Under the pieces are notes generated by a model. It was not told the DNA's origin and did no database searches. It saw only the letters and a program-made list of their open reading frames with translations. Both the position numbers and the translations under genes were made by a program. 64,000 bases of DNA. It comes from Lytechinus pictus (lineage: Eukaryota). The stretch lies in contig NC_087245.1 in NCBI RefSeq assembly GCF_037042905.1, forward strand, positions 24,244,001 through 24,308,000, in the 5' to 3' direction. This document shows positions 48,330 to 61,105 of the stretch, one piece after another (within the stretch, counting starts at the first letter, position 1; each line of letters begins with the position of its first letter).

Positions 48330-51300
48330 CCTCAATGTGGCAAAATGATGCTTCGGGTAGGTAAAACACAACATTTATCTTCTTGAAGTCACTTAGAGAC
48401 GGAAGAGTAGGCTTTTCTCTATCAGCAATATTTAAAGAAGTGAGGGCACAGCAAAGCCTACCCTCTCAGGGGGGCTGCCCCAAGTCACCCAGCCCCTTTT
48501 TCGTATTTTGCCAATTTCTCGGAAAATTCGACATTTTGGAACCACATTGATAAAAACAGTGATTCTACTATGTATTGAAGCCACTTTTATTGTTTTTAAC
48601 CACTTGGAGACAAAAGAGTAGAAATTCTTCTATCTACTACATATAAGGAATTGCTGGAAAATTGAAGCCACCCCCGTCAGTGGGTTGCCGAAGACACCAT
48701 CCCCTTTTTCCGTATTTTGCAAATTTATGGAAAAATCTGCAAATATGGAGCCCCCAATGAGGCTAAAGGGTGTTTCTGCTAAAAAGCAATCATTTTCATT
48801 GTCTTCAAACCACATGAAGACAAAAGAATTGCCTTCCCTCTATCAGTTACATATAAAGAAATTCTGGTACAGCAAAGCTTACCCCCGTCAGGGGCTCCTG
48901 AAATTACCCACCCCTTTTCTCTTGGATTACCCTTTTACTAGAAAATCTGCGAATTTGGAGCCCACATTGAGGCAAAAAGATGTTTCTCCTATTATAGCAA
49001 ACCACTTTCATTGTCTAAACACCACTTGGATAAAAAGTGGTATTTTTTATATCTGCTTCATATAACGAATTGCTGGCACATCAAAGCCTACCCCCTCAGG
49101 GGGCGGCTGAAGTCACACAACCCCCAATTTTGCATTTTAACAATTTATAGGAAAATCTGTCAATTTGGAGCCCCCATTGAGGCTAAAGGGTGTTTCTGCT
49201 AAAAAGCAATCCTTTTCATTGTCTTCAAACCACATGGAGACAAAAGAGTTGCCTTCCCTCTATCAGTTACATATAAAGAAATTCTGGTACAGCAAAGCCC
49301 ACCCCTGTCAAGAGCTCCCGACATTACCCAACCCTTTTCCGTATTTTACCTTTTTATTAGAATATCTGCAAATTTGGAGCCCACATTGAGGCACAAAGAT
49401 GTTTCTCCTAATAGCAAACCACTTTCATTGTCCCCTTGGATGCAAAAAGTAGTTATTTTCTCTATCTGCTACATTATAACGAAGTGCTGGCACATCGAAG
49501 CCTTACCCCCTCGGGCACGGCTAAAGTAACCCAATCCTTATTTCGTATATTGCCAATTTCTAAGAAAATTCGCCATTTTGGAGCCTCATTGAGACAAACG
49601 GTGTTTCTGCTTTGCAGAAAGTCACTTTTATTGTTTTGTAACTCATGGGAGACAAAAGAGTAGGATTTTCTCCATCAACTTCATTTCAAGACGTGCTCGC
49701 ACACAGAAGCCCACCCCCGTCATAGGCTGCTGAATCCCCCACCCTTTTGCCTATTTTCCCACTTTATCAGTTTATTGAATAATTCGCAGTTTTTGACCCC
49801 CTCGTTCACTCCCAGGCAAAATAGCATTCCTGCTATATAATGAAGCCAATTTGATTTTTTTAAAGCAACTTAAAGATGAAAAAATAGGCTTTCTTCTATC
49901 AGCTACATGCACAAAACGTGCTGGCGCATCGAAGCTACTCAATTCAGGGGCTGTTGAAGTCACCCCACCTTTTTTGCCTATTTTCCCTCTTTATTGGAAA
50001 ATTCTCAGTGTTTAGCCCCATTGATGCAAAAAAGGTATTTCTGTTATGAAGTAAAACCACTTTTATTATTATAACTTCCCTGGGCTTGGGGATGAAAGAG
50101 TAGGCTCTTTAAATAAAGAAGGGCTGGCACATCGACGCCTACCCTCTTCAGGGGCTGCCGAATATTAAGTCACCCCATCTTGTTTATCCATTTTGTCTAA
50201 TTATTACAAAATTCGTCATTTGGAGTCACCATTGAGGCAAAGGGCGTTTCTGATATAATAATAAAGTCACTTTTATTTTTTTTAACCACCTGGAAATGAA
50301 AAAGAAGGCTTTATTATATATATCAGCTACATAATTTATAAAAAGGTGCTGGCACATCGATGCCTACCCTCTTCAGTGGCTTCAAATTGGAAGATTTTCC
50401 CATAAATTGGCAAAATACGGAAAGAGGGCGGGGGACTTCAACAGCCCCCTGAGGGGCTAGGCTTTGATGGACCAGCACCTCGTTATATGTAGCAGATAAA
50501 GAAAATACTACTTTTTTGTATCCAAGTGGTTTTAAGACAATGAAAGCGGTTCGCTATATAGGAGAAACATCTTTTTGCCTCAATATGGGCTCCAAATTTG
50601 CAAATTTTCTAATAAAAAGGTAAAATACGGAAAAGAGGTGGGTAATTTCAGGAGCCCCTGACGGGGATAGGCTTTGGTGTACCAGCACTTCTTTATATGT
50701 AACTGATAGAGGAAAGGCAACTCTTTCGTCTCCATGTGGTTTGAAGACAATGAAAATAATTGCTTTTTAGCAGAAACACCTTTTAGCCTCAGTGGGGGCC
50801 CAAAGTTTCCAGATTTTCTAATAAAAAAGTAAAATACGGAAAAGGGGTGGGTGATTTCGGGAGCCACTGACGGGGGGAGGCTTAGGTGTGCGAGCGCGTC
50901 TTCAAATGAAGCTGATAGAGAAAATCCTACCTTTTCGTCTCCCAGGAGTTACAAAGCAATAAAAGTGACTTTTCTGCAAAGCAGAAACGTCGTTTGTCAT
51001 GTTTGTCTCAATGGGGCTCCAAAATGGCGAATTTTCCTAGAAATGGGCAATATACGAAATAGGGGTTGGGTTACTTTAGCCCTGCCCTGAGGGGGTAAGG
51101 CTTCGATGTGCCAGCACTTCGTTATAATGTAGCAGATAGAGAAAATAACTACCTTTTGCATCCAAGGGGACAATGAAAGTGGTTTGCTATTAGGATAAAC
51201 ATCTTTGTGCCTCAATGTGGGCTCCAAATTCGCAGATTTTATAATAAAAAGGTAAAATACGGAAAAGGGTTGGGTAATTTCGGGAGCCCTTGACAGGGGT

Positions 51301-51851
51301 GGGCTTTGCTGTACCAGCACTTCTCTATATGTACCTGATAGAATAAATGCTACTCTTTTGTCTCCATGTGGTTTTAAGAAAATGAAAAAGGATTGCTTTT
51401 TAGCAGAAACACCCTTTAGCCTCATTGGGGGCTCCAAATTTGCAGATTTTTCCATGAATTGGCAAAATACGGAAAAAGGGGATGGTGTCTTCGGTAACCC
51501 ACTGACGGGGGTGGCTTCAATTTTCCAGCAATTCTTTATATGTAGTAGATAGAAGAACTTCTACTCTTTTGTCTCCAAGTGGTTTAAAACAATAAAAGTG
51601 GCTTCACTACAGAATAGAATCACTGTTTTTATCAATGTGGTTCCAAAATGTCGAATTTTCCAAGAAATTGGCAAAATACGAAAAAGGGGCTGGGTGACTT
51701 GGGGCAGACCCCTGAGAGGGTAGGCTTTGCTGTGCCCTCACTTCTTTAAATGTAGCTGATAGAGAATAGCCTACTCTTCCGTCTCTAAGTGACTTCAAGA
51801 AGATAAATGTTGTTTTTTACCTATCCGAAGCATCATTTTGCCACATTGAGG
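48330..51851. repeat. 3.5-kb inverted repeat made of ~210-bp tandem units
   Basis: cctcaatgtggcaaaatgatgcttcg at 48330 is the reverse complement of 51826-51851. About 10 units run forward and about 7 in reverse, switching at ~50385. Confidence 0.9.
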
Positions 51852-54010
51852 ACAACTTTATGCAGTTTTTAACCCAGGCTCATATAATTTGGTGATAATA
51901 CTAGCATGGCTCCCGGGAAGCCTAATGATTTTGAGGTCAAAAGGTCATCGGTCAAGGTCACAATGACATGCTTTCTGATAAGTCTGAAGTCCTTGTAAAC
52001 GCGATAATTTCAGTTTAACTTAACCTAGGCTCATATAATTTGGTGTATTATTATACTAGCATTTATCCCAGGAATTATATTGATTTTGAGGTCAAAGGTC
52101 AAGTCGCCACCTTCCACTTTTCTTGCTTGACCAATAACTCTTTTCAGTTCCGCGTTACAGGCGGCGTATTGCCCGGGGGGGGGGGGGGCAGTTAAATGTA
52201 TTGCTGTATTCACGCGTGGTCAAATTATTTCCAAACACCCGCTAAACGAGTTTTTCTCTGTGTGCAAAATAACCCCCTAAACAATTATTTCGCGGGCTTT
52301 ATTTACACTTTTTCGCCCCTAAACAAGTTGTCGCCAGAATATGATAACCACGGGAAAAAGCTTGGGGGAGAAAACAATACCCTAAACACGTTTGGCTAGT
52401 CATTAAAAAAAAAATTGGAAAAAATCATACCCTAGATAAGTTTGACCCTGCGAGTAACCATTGACCAGTCTTTCAAAACTACCACTTTTTTAAAATCGGT
52501 GTTTTGATACCCTTAACTAGTGCAAGCGAAGCCCGCGTCTAAAACTGAATAAAAAACACCCCTTTAAACGCGTTTATTTATTTTTTTTTTGTCGCGCGTG
52601 TGTACAGCACTACTTTTTGACTTCACATTCACCCGGGCGTATTATGTGCTCGCCCCAGCGACACTCTTGTTAATACAAGCAAACAAAATAGAAAACAGTA
52701 TAAGTGAAGGGTTATCGATTACCCATCAAAGAATATATAATTCTGAATCATTACGGAGAGCATCTACCCCCGTATGTCATGTAATTTGAATTTCTATATG
52801 ATTCATTTTTTAATCATTCTGCAAAATTTATTCAGTTCGCTTTTCGCCTTCCAGGCACAGGTGGCGCCAAACAAATTTCTAAACGTGTGGGAAAAGCATC
52901 ATTATTTTGTGTGAAACTTTATTCTTTTTATCCACGTAATTACCTTACTTTTACCCTTACGACTGCAGCCTGGATTTAAATGCAGCAGTTTATGTGAGTT
53001 TAACATTCCTTTTAAAGTAGAAGAACGGTTCGAGTTATTTTTACACAAAGTATATGTAAAAAGGTTATGCCAATCTTATTTACATCGCGTAACATAATAT
53101 ATACACATCAGTAAAAATGTAATACATAATTATAACTAGCAAATTATACGGGTATATATTTATCCACCATCCAAAGACGGAATTATCATTTGTTTATGTT
53201 TTCCCACCTGCAATAATATTCACAAAAATAGAGTAGAAGAAATATGAATACAACATAACAGTATAAGTTGGTGGAAAACTACCATCACAATTATTAATCA
53301 GAAAATGAAGAAAAAAATCACAATTTCATGATCACATTTAGAAAAAAAGAATGATTAAAGATTATTACAAAATATTTGTCTTTACTCTCTATTGCTACTG
53401 ATTAAGACCGGATGGCGAAAGTGAGGTTAGATAACTCAGTACTGATGAGATTGCAAGAAACAAAATATGCAAACAATAATAAATGTATGTAATAATATCA
53501 ACAAATGTAATGTTATCAAAATTCGATTCCTATGGGTTTTTTAACCGCACTCCGGATGTGAAGCTCCAAGGGTGAGTGGGCAGGGAGAAACAGTGTCCTC
53601 ATTGCTGTTTTGATAAGCACGATCTCCTTTTTCAACGTCCACTTTTCCTTATTACACCGTAAAAACGCAGTGTAAAATTTCATAAAACGCTATTCTATAT
53701 AAAACTTACAGTACTGGTATAGTTGTTTTTGATAATTAAACACTGAAAATCAATTTTTGTTGTTTAACAATTTAACCATTTAAACAGCTACGCAAGGTTC
53801 ATAGTAAATGTTAATAATTAATGTATGAATGAAATAAATTAGATAATAATACATACATGTACGGCAATATGAAATAATTCTGATTTCATGAAATGATATG
53901 AAAAAAGAGGCAAGTGCGGACGTGATATCTACAGCCCGCCAACTGCATAATCATTACGGCATGCATATAAAGGTTTTCACAAAATATTGCTTGATTTTTA
54001 ATTTCAATGT

Positions 54011-54076
<66 letters not shown>

Positions 54077-57000
54077 TGTAAATATATATATGATATTCAG
54101 AATCTATGCAAGTCCATAGTTATTGAAACGAAATTATAATTTTTTGTTTTCTGGCGATGGAGAAAAAAAACTTGAACGGAAGAGAAAGAGAGGGAGAGGG
54201 AGATCCAGATTGAAATAGGCCATGTACACTAATTTCAATAGGGCTATTCATACGCCACATCTCGGGTCCCTATGGACAGACTCCCACCAACGTTTGGTTG
54301 TGAACGTTTTTATCAAGCATAATGCATATAGAGCCTTAACATAAGACGTTGAAAAGCAACGTTGTTTTTGTTTTTACGTCGTCCTCTATTGGCATTCTAG
54401 ACGGACCCGTGGAGGTGAGAAGTGGAGGGGTGGATTTGGATAATGGGAATGATGGGGGGGGGGTGGAGGCAACTTAGCCATCATTACGAGAATCACAACC
54501 ATGACAACGATTTGATATAATACAGTCAATCCTTAGGTCATGTGCATATTTTGAATCTTTATTAAACCACTTATTTAAGCCAAGTTGCACATAATCATCA
54601 AATACAAAGTTCACTGCAATTACACACCATTATATGCTACAGTCACACTGCCCGCGAAACCGACTCCAGGGCCCCGTCTTACAAAGGGTTAGGATTGATC
54701 CGATCTAATCTCAAGTATATGGAAATCCATCAATGTCATAATTTTTTCTTCAGGAAATTTGCTCAATGTCCTTTGAAAACAAAGAGAAGCATACTGGATT
54801 GTCAAGGAAACAGTGAATGTATGAATACACGTCATTTCTATTGAGAAAATATTTTGAACAAATATTTATTTTAGATGTTGACGTTAATTGCTGGCTTGAT
54901 TTCCATAGTTGCGATTGACCGGATCAATCAACTCTTTGTAAAATGGGTCCTAGACGACAAAAGCAGTCCGTTATGAATCGATCTGTTTATAGTTCGTGTG
55001 GCTATAGCATTACAAAATACATAGATCCAATGTTAAGTACACATAGTGTTAAAAAATCAGATGTTTTATAGTGTCTAAAGTATGTACATGGATCAAGGCA
55101 AACGTAGTAATATATCACCAGGCCCTTAAATATCTCAATAATTTTATTAATACAAACATGCATCAACACAATTTATTATTTGATACGCGGTGGTCATGGC
55201 GGTAGCACGAAAACATTTTATTGTATATAATAAGTGTTGGATAAAAAAATTGACATTGCATCTATAAGTGCATGTGTAGCCTTGAGAATTTCGATGCACC
55301 ACCACCACCACCAATTATACATTTTATTATATATGGTCGCATTCAGCGGAGATGGAAAAGAGGCTCCCCCGAAATTTTGAAAACATCCATCCGCACCCCC
55401 TACTTAAAAAAACCCAATATCTGCGTTTTCTGATCCTTATGATTTCCAAAGGTATCATAATGATTCAACTCGTCCGTTATTGTCTGAAACAGGCAATAGG
55501 AGAAAACATTCTTGATTGTGCATTTGAATTCTTCAAAAACACAAGAGTAGATATAAAATTAATTAAAAAAATTAAAGTCAATTAAGTTAATTGCGACTTG
55601 TACCTGTAAACTGTGGTGTTAAAACTGACACCAGTTGGTGTTAATAGAGGACCACATCCTGAGGTGTTAAATTACACCCTCGAGATTGGACATAACACCA
55701 AAGAACGTAAAATTTCCCGGTCATATCATGGTATGAACAGGCGTAATGGTGTAATGCAGGGCCAGATAGTGTGTATCGGTCAGAATTTATCTTTTTTTAA
55801 GTTGCGAGCGAGCGAGCAAAATTTTTGACATTTTTAATACAAAAATCCGATTTTGTGATATCCAGAGAATAATATATTTCACCCTTCTCCCTTTCCATTC
55901 CTTTTTTTGTGTGGTCTGTATGCCACTGTGAACAGGATTCTTTGCGGTAGTAGCGTGGAGAGTATAAAAAAAAAGAGGGGCGCAGTATGGCGTATGTGCT
56001 AAAAAAAACTACTCAATATAAATCCCGAGCGAGCGAAGCGAGCGAGAAAAAAATCACCTTTTCATGAGAATATTACTTTGAGATAAGTTTTGACATTATA
56101 TTCAGTAAAAACTTACATCCTACACTTTTCCTTTGCTTTGCTCTCCTCGTTTTTTGTTCTTGGTTGTAGAACTTTTGGAGGCCATGGCCCAACCCTACCA
56201 TACTCGTATATGACAGTGCGCTTTGCGGTTGGGGTCCGGGGCGGAGCCCCCGGAACTTCTTGTCATCAAAGCCATTTAAACCTCACAGATTGCCGCTATT
56301 TTAATCAAATATCGCGGGTATATACATAATTATTATAGCTTTTACACAACACATTTAATCAACCCAGTTGCGTAATGAACCAAATATTTTGAGGGGACAC
56401 AACATAGCAATGTGGGAATATTTGTTAAAAGTCGCCAGCGATTAGAGCGAGCTGGAAAAAAAGATTGCCTATTAAAATGAAATTCTAATAATATGATAGA
56501 TTTTATTTATTCAGCAAAATGTACATTTCATTGTTTCCATTCATTTCATTATACGTTGTCTCCTATAATTTCTTTTATTTCATCTTGGGTGTGGAACCCC
56601 CCCCCCCCCCCACCACCACGCCTGTACGCCAGTGATTGAACGTAAAGTTTAATGTAGGAAGGGTCCCTATAGGGGGAAGTTATAGAGCCAATTAAAGGTT
56701 ATAGATGAAGAGCCCCTACTGCTTGGGGTCTGGGGCAAAGCCCCGGTAGCTTATTTGCATACAATTTAGCACTGAAGCTTATTGCAGTCCATCTTTCTTC
56801 CCGCTCTTTATTTTCAATCCACGGCAGCCCGGCCGTGTTATGAATTTGTTTTTCTTGTCCCTTTTTTCGTTTTCCACTTTAGCTTTTGACTAATTCCATT
56901 CTAACTTCATTTCCCGGTATTGTTGGCCATTTTGTTATCTTTAAATTTATTTCCCATCATGCTATTGCATTACATATAGGCCTATTTCGGAATGACTTGC

Positions 57001-57606
57001 TCTTTCTCAAATGTTCTTCTTTCGTTCATTTTCACGCTTTCCTTCCTTTTCCATAAAAAATACTCTTTCTTCGCTTTCTTTTCACTTTTCCCTTTCCTTT
57101 TCCTCCTTTCCATTTCCCCTTTCCTTTCTTTCTTTCTCCCTCCCTTTTATCTTTTTCCCGTTTTTTATTTTCCCGGTGGAATCTGCCAGGGGGGCAGCTT
57201 GCCCCCCTGTCCCCCCCCCCCCCCCGCCTGTTACGCCACTGGGGATTTTTACAAAACACTCCGGGATGTGAAATAAGCTCCCGGGGTAGGTGGGGCAGTC
57301 GGCAGGGAGAAACAGTGTCCTCTTTGCCGTTTTGATAAGCGCGATCCCTGTTCCGTTTTGTGACAACACAGCAAAAATCCTTTTTAACATTTTATACAAT
57401 GCTGTTTCATACGAACCTTACAGTAGTCGTTTAATAGCTTAAACAATGTTTGATTTATTGAGAATTAAACATTAAAATTTTAATTGTTGCTTAAGAATTT
57501 ATACACTTGTTTAAACCGTTTAAACAACTACTGTGAGGTTCATACAGTAAACACAGTTCTAAAAGGCACTTTTACTGTGTACATCTACACCGCACTATTT
57601 TTGTAA

Positions 57607-57883
57607 AGGTGTTGTGGCTCAGTGGATTAGTCTTCAGACTTTGAACCACAAGGTTCGGGGTTCAAACCCCACCGCAGGGCTCGCGTCCTTTGCCAAAGCG
57701 TTTATCTACATTTGCCACAATTCATCCAGGTGTAGTAAATAGGTACCCAATAGGAAATAATTACTTGAATGCTCTAGCGGCCCATAAGCATGATAAGAGT
57801 CGTCGTGCCGGGGTAATAGTATGCAGCGCTTAGTAAAATTCGTATTAAGCCTATAGATGTTGCATATTATCATTATTATCATT
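57607..57883 (+). mobile_element. tRNA-derived SINE
   Basis: Same head and body as 41975-42199; box A and box B present. Confidence 0.75.
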
Positions 57884-58039
57884 CTGTCAAGTGTCTCAGA
57901 GATTGTGGACATTCCTCTTTACTTGGCTTTCGTTTGTCTGTTCCACCTTTGGTGCCTATTGATTATACTGATTCATTTTAGAGAATTATGATAAACTTTG
58001 TTTTCATATCGCTGACCATGACTGTGAACGAACTACACG

Positions 58040-58713
58040 ACAAGTGGAGCTCCTCTGGCAGTCTCGCCTGCATTACGCGATTCAATGTAGCAGCAGTGCT
58101 GACTTTAAAAACGGCTGAAGAATAATTATTTGCAAAACACCATTCATAATTATGGTGATAAAACAATATATGAATTTTGACCTTGATCATGTGACTTAAG
58201 ATTTGTGTTAGATGATCAGTGATACCTGATTACCCCAATGTCCACTCTTCATGAACTATATATATCCATAAACTTTCAAAGTTATGATGGCAATTCAAAT
58301 AATACCCCCAATTTGGCCAAAGTTCATTGACCTTAAATGATCTTTGACCTTGGTCATGTGACCTGAAACTCGCACAGGATGTTCAGTGATACTTGATTAC
58401 TCTAATATGTCGCAGTTCCATGAACCATATCCATAAACTTTCAAAGATATGATGGCAATTCAACTAATACCCTAATATGGCAAAAGTTCATTGACCTTGT
58501 TCTTAAATGACCTTTGACCTCCGTTATGTGACCTGAAACTTATGCAGGATGTTCATTGATATACTTGATTACCCTTATATCCAAATTTTATAAACTAGGT
58601 CCTTATAATGACGTTTCAAAAACTTAACCTTGGGTTAAGATTTAAATATTGAAAATGTCGCCGCTGCCGCCGTCGGAAAAGTGGTGCTTATAGTCTCGCT
58701 TTGCTATGCAAAA
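58040..58713 (-). mobile_element. HINE-like element (family of 46958-48150)
   Basis: Reverse-complement ends and internal repeats; lies ~110 nt 3' of the paralog 2 stop codon. Confidence 0.75.
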
Positions 58714-58824
58714 GTGGGTTTGTCCAAGAGTCTTTTGTGCTTATAATCATCGTTCCGTATAAACCAAGCACACACCAATCATTAAGCTCGAGATCTCACG
58801 TACAAAAAAAAATGAGCGAAAAAG

Positions 58825-59219
58825 TCATTTTCCCCACCACCAAGATGAGAGCCTTCCAAATAATCCCTTCTTTTCATTAGCATTATCAGCACTGGGTTTC
58901 TCGTCGTTACTTGTCGACGGCTGCTCTTCCTGTCTGTGTTTCTTCTCTTTCTTTGCCTTGGCTTTTGGCTTCACAGGCGTTACCCTTTTCCTTCTGTCTG
59001 TATGCGCCACACTAAGTTCTGAATTGATGAGGGCATCTTCAAGGAACTTCAGCAACTCAATACTTTTTTCTTCATCTTCCAAAGAATTGTTTTTCGTGTA
59101 ATTTTCGAAAAAGTACACATTCTCACGTACATCTTGGGTAGCAAGTTCTGTTTTGATGTCGTCTCTTTCCGATTCGGTAAGCGATGCTGCATGGGTAATA
59201 ACGATCATTGGGGGATGAC
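58825..59219 (-). CDS. Paralog 2, terminal exon (IFI44-like GTPase C-terminus with Lys-rich and Trp-rich tail)
   Basis: Near-identical to 537-787 but open for a further ~48 aa to ...KKGLFGRLSSWWWGK*. Same cattccag acceptor. Confidence 0.88.
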
Positions 59220-60273
59220 CTGGAATGAGTACACACAAAAAACACTAACTTTGTATTTCTAGAAACTATAATTATTCATTAGTTACTGGTTTTATTGACT
59301 TCAGCCATGTAAATGATGACTGCTGTTTCCAAACCTTAAGGAATATAAAATTGGGAAAAGAATGAATTCTGTGTCGCTTTTTTTAATGGCAATTAAGTTG
59401 ATTAAATATCGTTTGGTCGACCCACCTCCCCCCCCCCCTCGATTGCTCGTTAAACCACTCCTGATTTTAACTTAACCAATAAATTATAAAAAAAATAAAA
59501 CAATATTAAGAATGTCTAATAATGATAACGAATATAAGTTCTTGTGTAATAAATACATGTACAGGCCTAATGTCTCTATACGCTACCAAATATCCTCGGC
59601 GACTGTTTCATCAGGCATCGATCCTTCCCAAATTGTGAAACTATACTAAAAATCCATTAGCCTAGGGATAGTTTATTGAGAAAATAATGAAAACAAATAC
59701 ATGTATCTGTAAGCAAAAATTAGATAATATTTTGTACAACCTAAGAGGTTGTTATTTGTGTCAATAACTCAATAAACTTAAGGAAGCAAAAATGTTTGCA
59801 ATGGTTTCAGCACACGAATTATTCCCCACAAAGGCCGCTCAAGACATTTTCACAAAGACACTGGAGTATCGGAATAATTCTGCCAAATGATAATTTCCTA
59901 AATGTTTGTTGAAAAGGGGAATGTTATGTGTTTTAAGGGGAGCACAGTTTTATCGTGATACAAACAAATTGAGGCTTATAGTCAAGTAAACCTCATAATT
60001 ACGTCAATCATTAACATCGGATTTTGTCGAAAAATCACTGAGGTTGCTCGAAACCACTACAACTACCTTTGCCACCCTTAAGTTAGATCCTTATAAGATC
60101 ATATCTGTGATTCATGAATAGGATGTAATGAGATACAATCTGGGGGGTGGACTAATTTGCATTGTCGACATAATGTGTCGGCTTGTTTTGAAGAGGGTCA
60201 AAGAAGAAAATACATTTTAATGTCATATGCCTCGACGGTTTCAGGGTGTTGAGAGTAACAATACCATACATAC

Positions 60274-60341
60274 CAGTGTGTTGCCTGAGCTCTTTGGCGA
60301 AGTCCCCAATGAATCCAAGTCCGTATTGCCGGTTGAATTGA
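60274..60341 (-). CDS. Paralog 2, penultimate exon QFNRQYGLGFIGDFAKELRQHT
   Basis: 68-nt exon with the same splice sites and phases as 2099-2166. Upstream exons lie beyond the window: 63984-64000 matches 5172-5188, just 3' of exon 8 in copy 1. Confidence 0.85.
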
Positions 60342-61105
60342 CTAGATGAAAAAAATGAAATTGAAATACTTTAGAATAATATATTTATAGTCTTGGAACC
60401 GGTTAACGGTACACCCTGTGGTAGGTCCTAGCACGACTATGTACAGTGGATAGAGCTAGAAGTGAAATAGCGAGACGAGAAAGTGGAAGATTAGAAAGTA
60501 GAGTATCTTTCGGAAATGAGGGTAGTACTTAGTTAGAATGGCTGTAAACTAAAAAATAATAGAGTCTTGAGTATAGTTGGAGAGCTGAGAGAAGTCTGGC
60601 TTGATTCGGCAGGTTGAATTGTTGAATAGAAGCAGGAGAGAGTACTTGGATAGGTTGACTGTCGACTTTTCGGGCAGTTTGTCTGTCTGTCAAAAGACGG
60701 ACAGTCATGCTGTCTGAGACGTGGAGTCTTTTCTCCTGATCCTGTTCTACAACCATCCGAATGAACTCTTAAGTATGGGGAGGGGGGGGGGGGGTATGAG
60801 TAATGATATGAAGATTAAGGGACCGTGAAACAAGTGTATCATAGTGAGAACATTTGGATCGTGTAAATCTGTAATATCTTATCATTCACCGTTTTACTCA
60901 TTGTTGTCGCAAGAGGCCCATATCGATTATGTCAGTATATACATTTTTTTACAATTTAACATAATTACATTTTCTCGTTCGATTCGTAAATAAAATGACA
61001 TAAAAAAATCAAGTTATATTCTTTCTTGGGGGAGTGGGGCACTGTAATTACAATTTGGAGACCATGCTCCTCAACAAAATGAGTAGAAATGATTGGGTTT
61101 TTTAA

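Noticed and set aside
48630..51798. Multiple similar ORFs on both strands
   Set aside because: They are translations of the ~210-bp satellite in both arms, with frames broken between units.
57879..57955. Possible alternative terminal exon for paralog 2
   Set aside because: Weak polypyrimidine tract, no matching donor identified, and it is sandwiched between a SINE and a HINE-like element.
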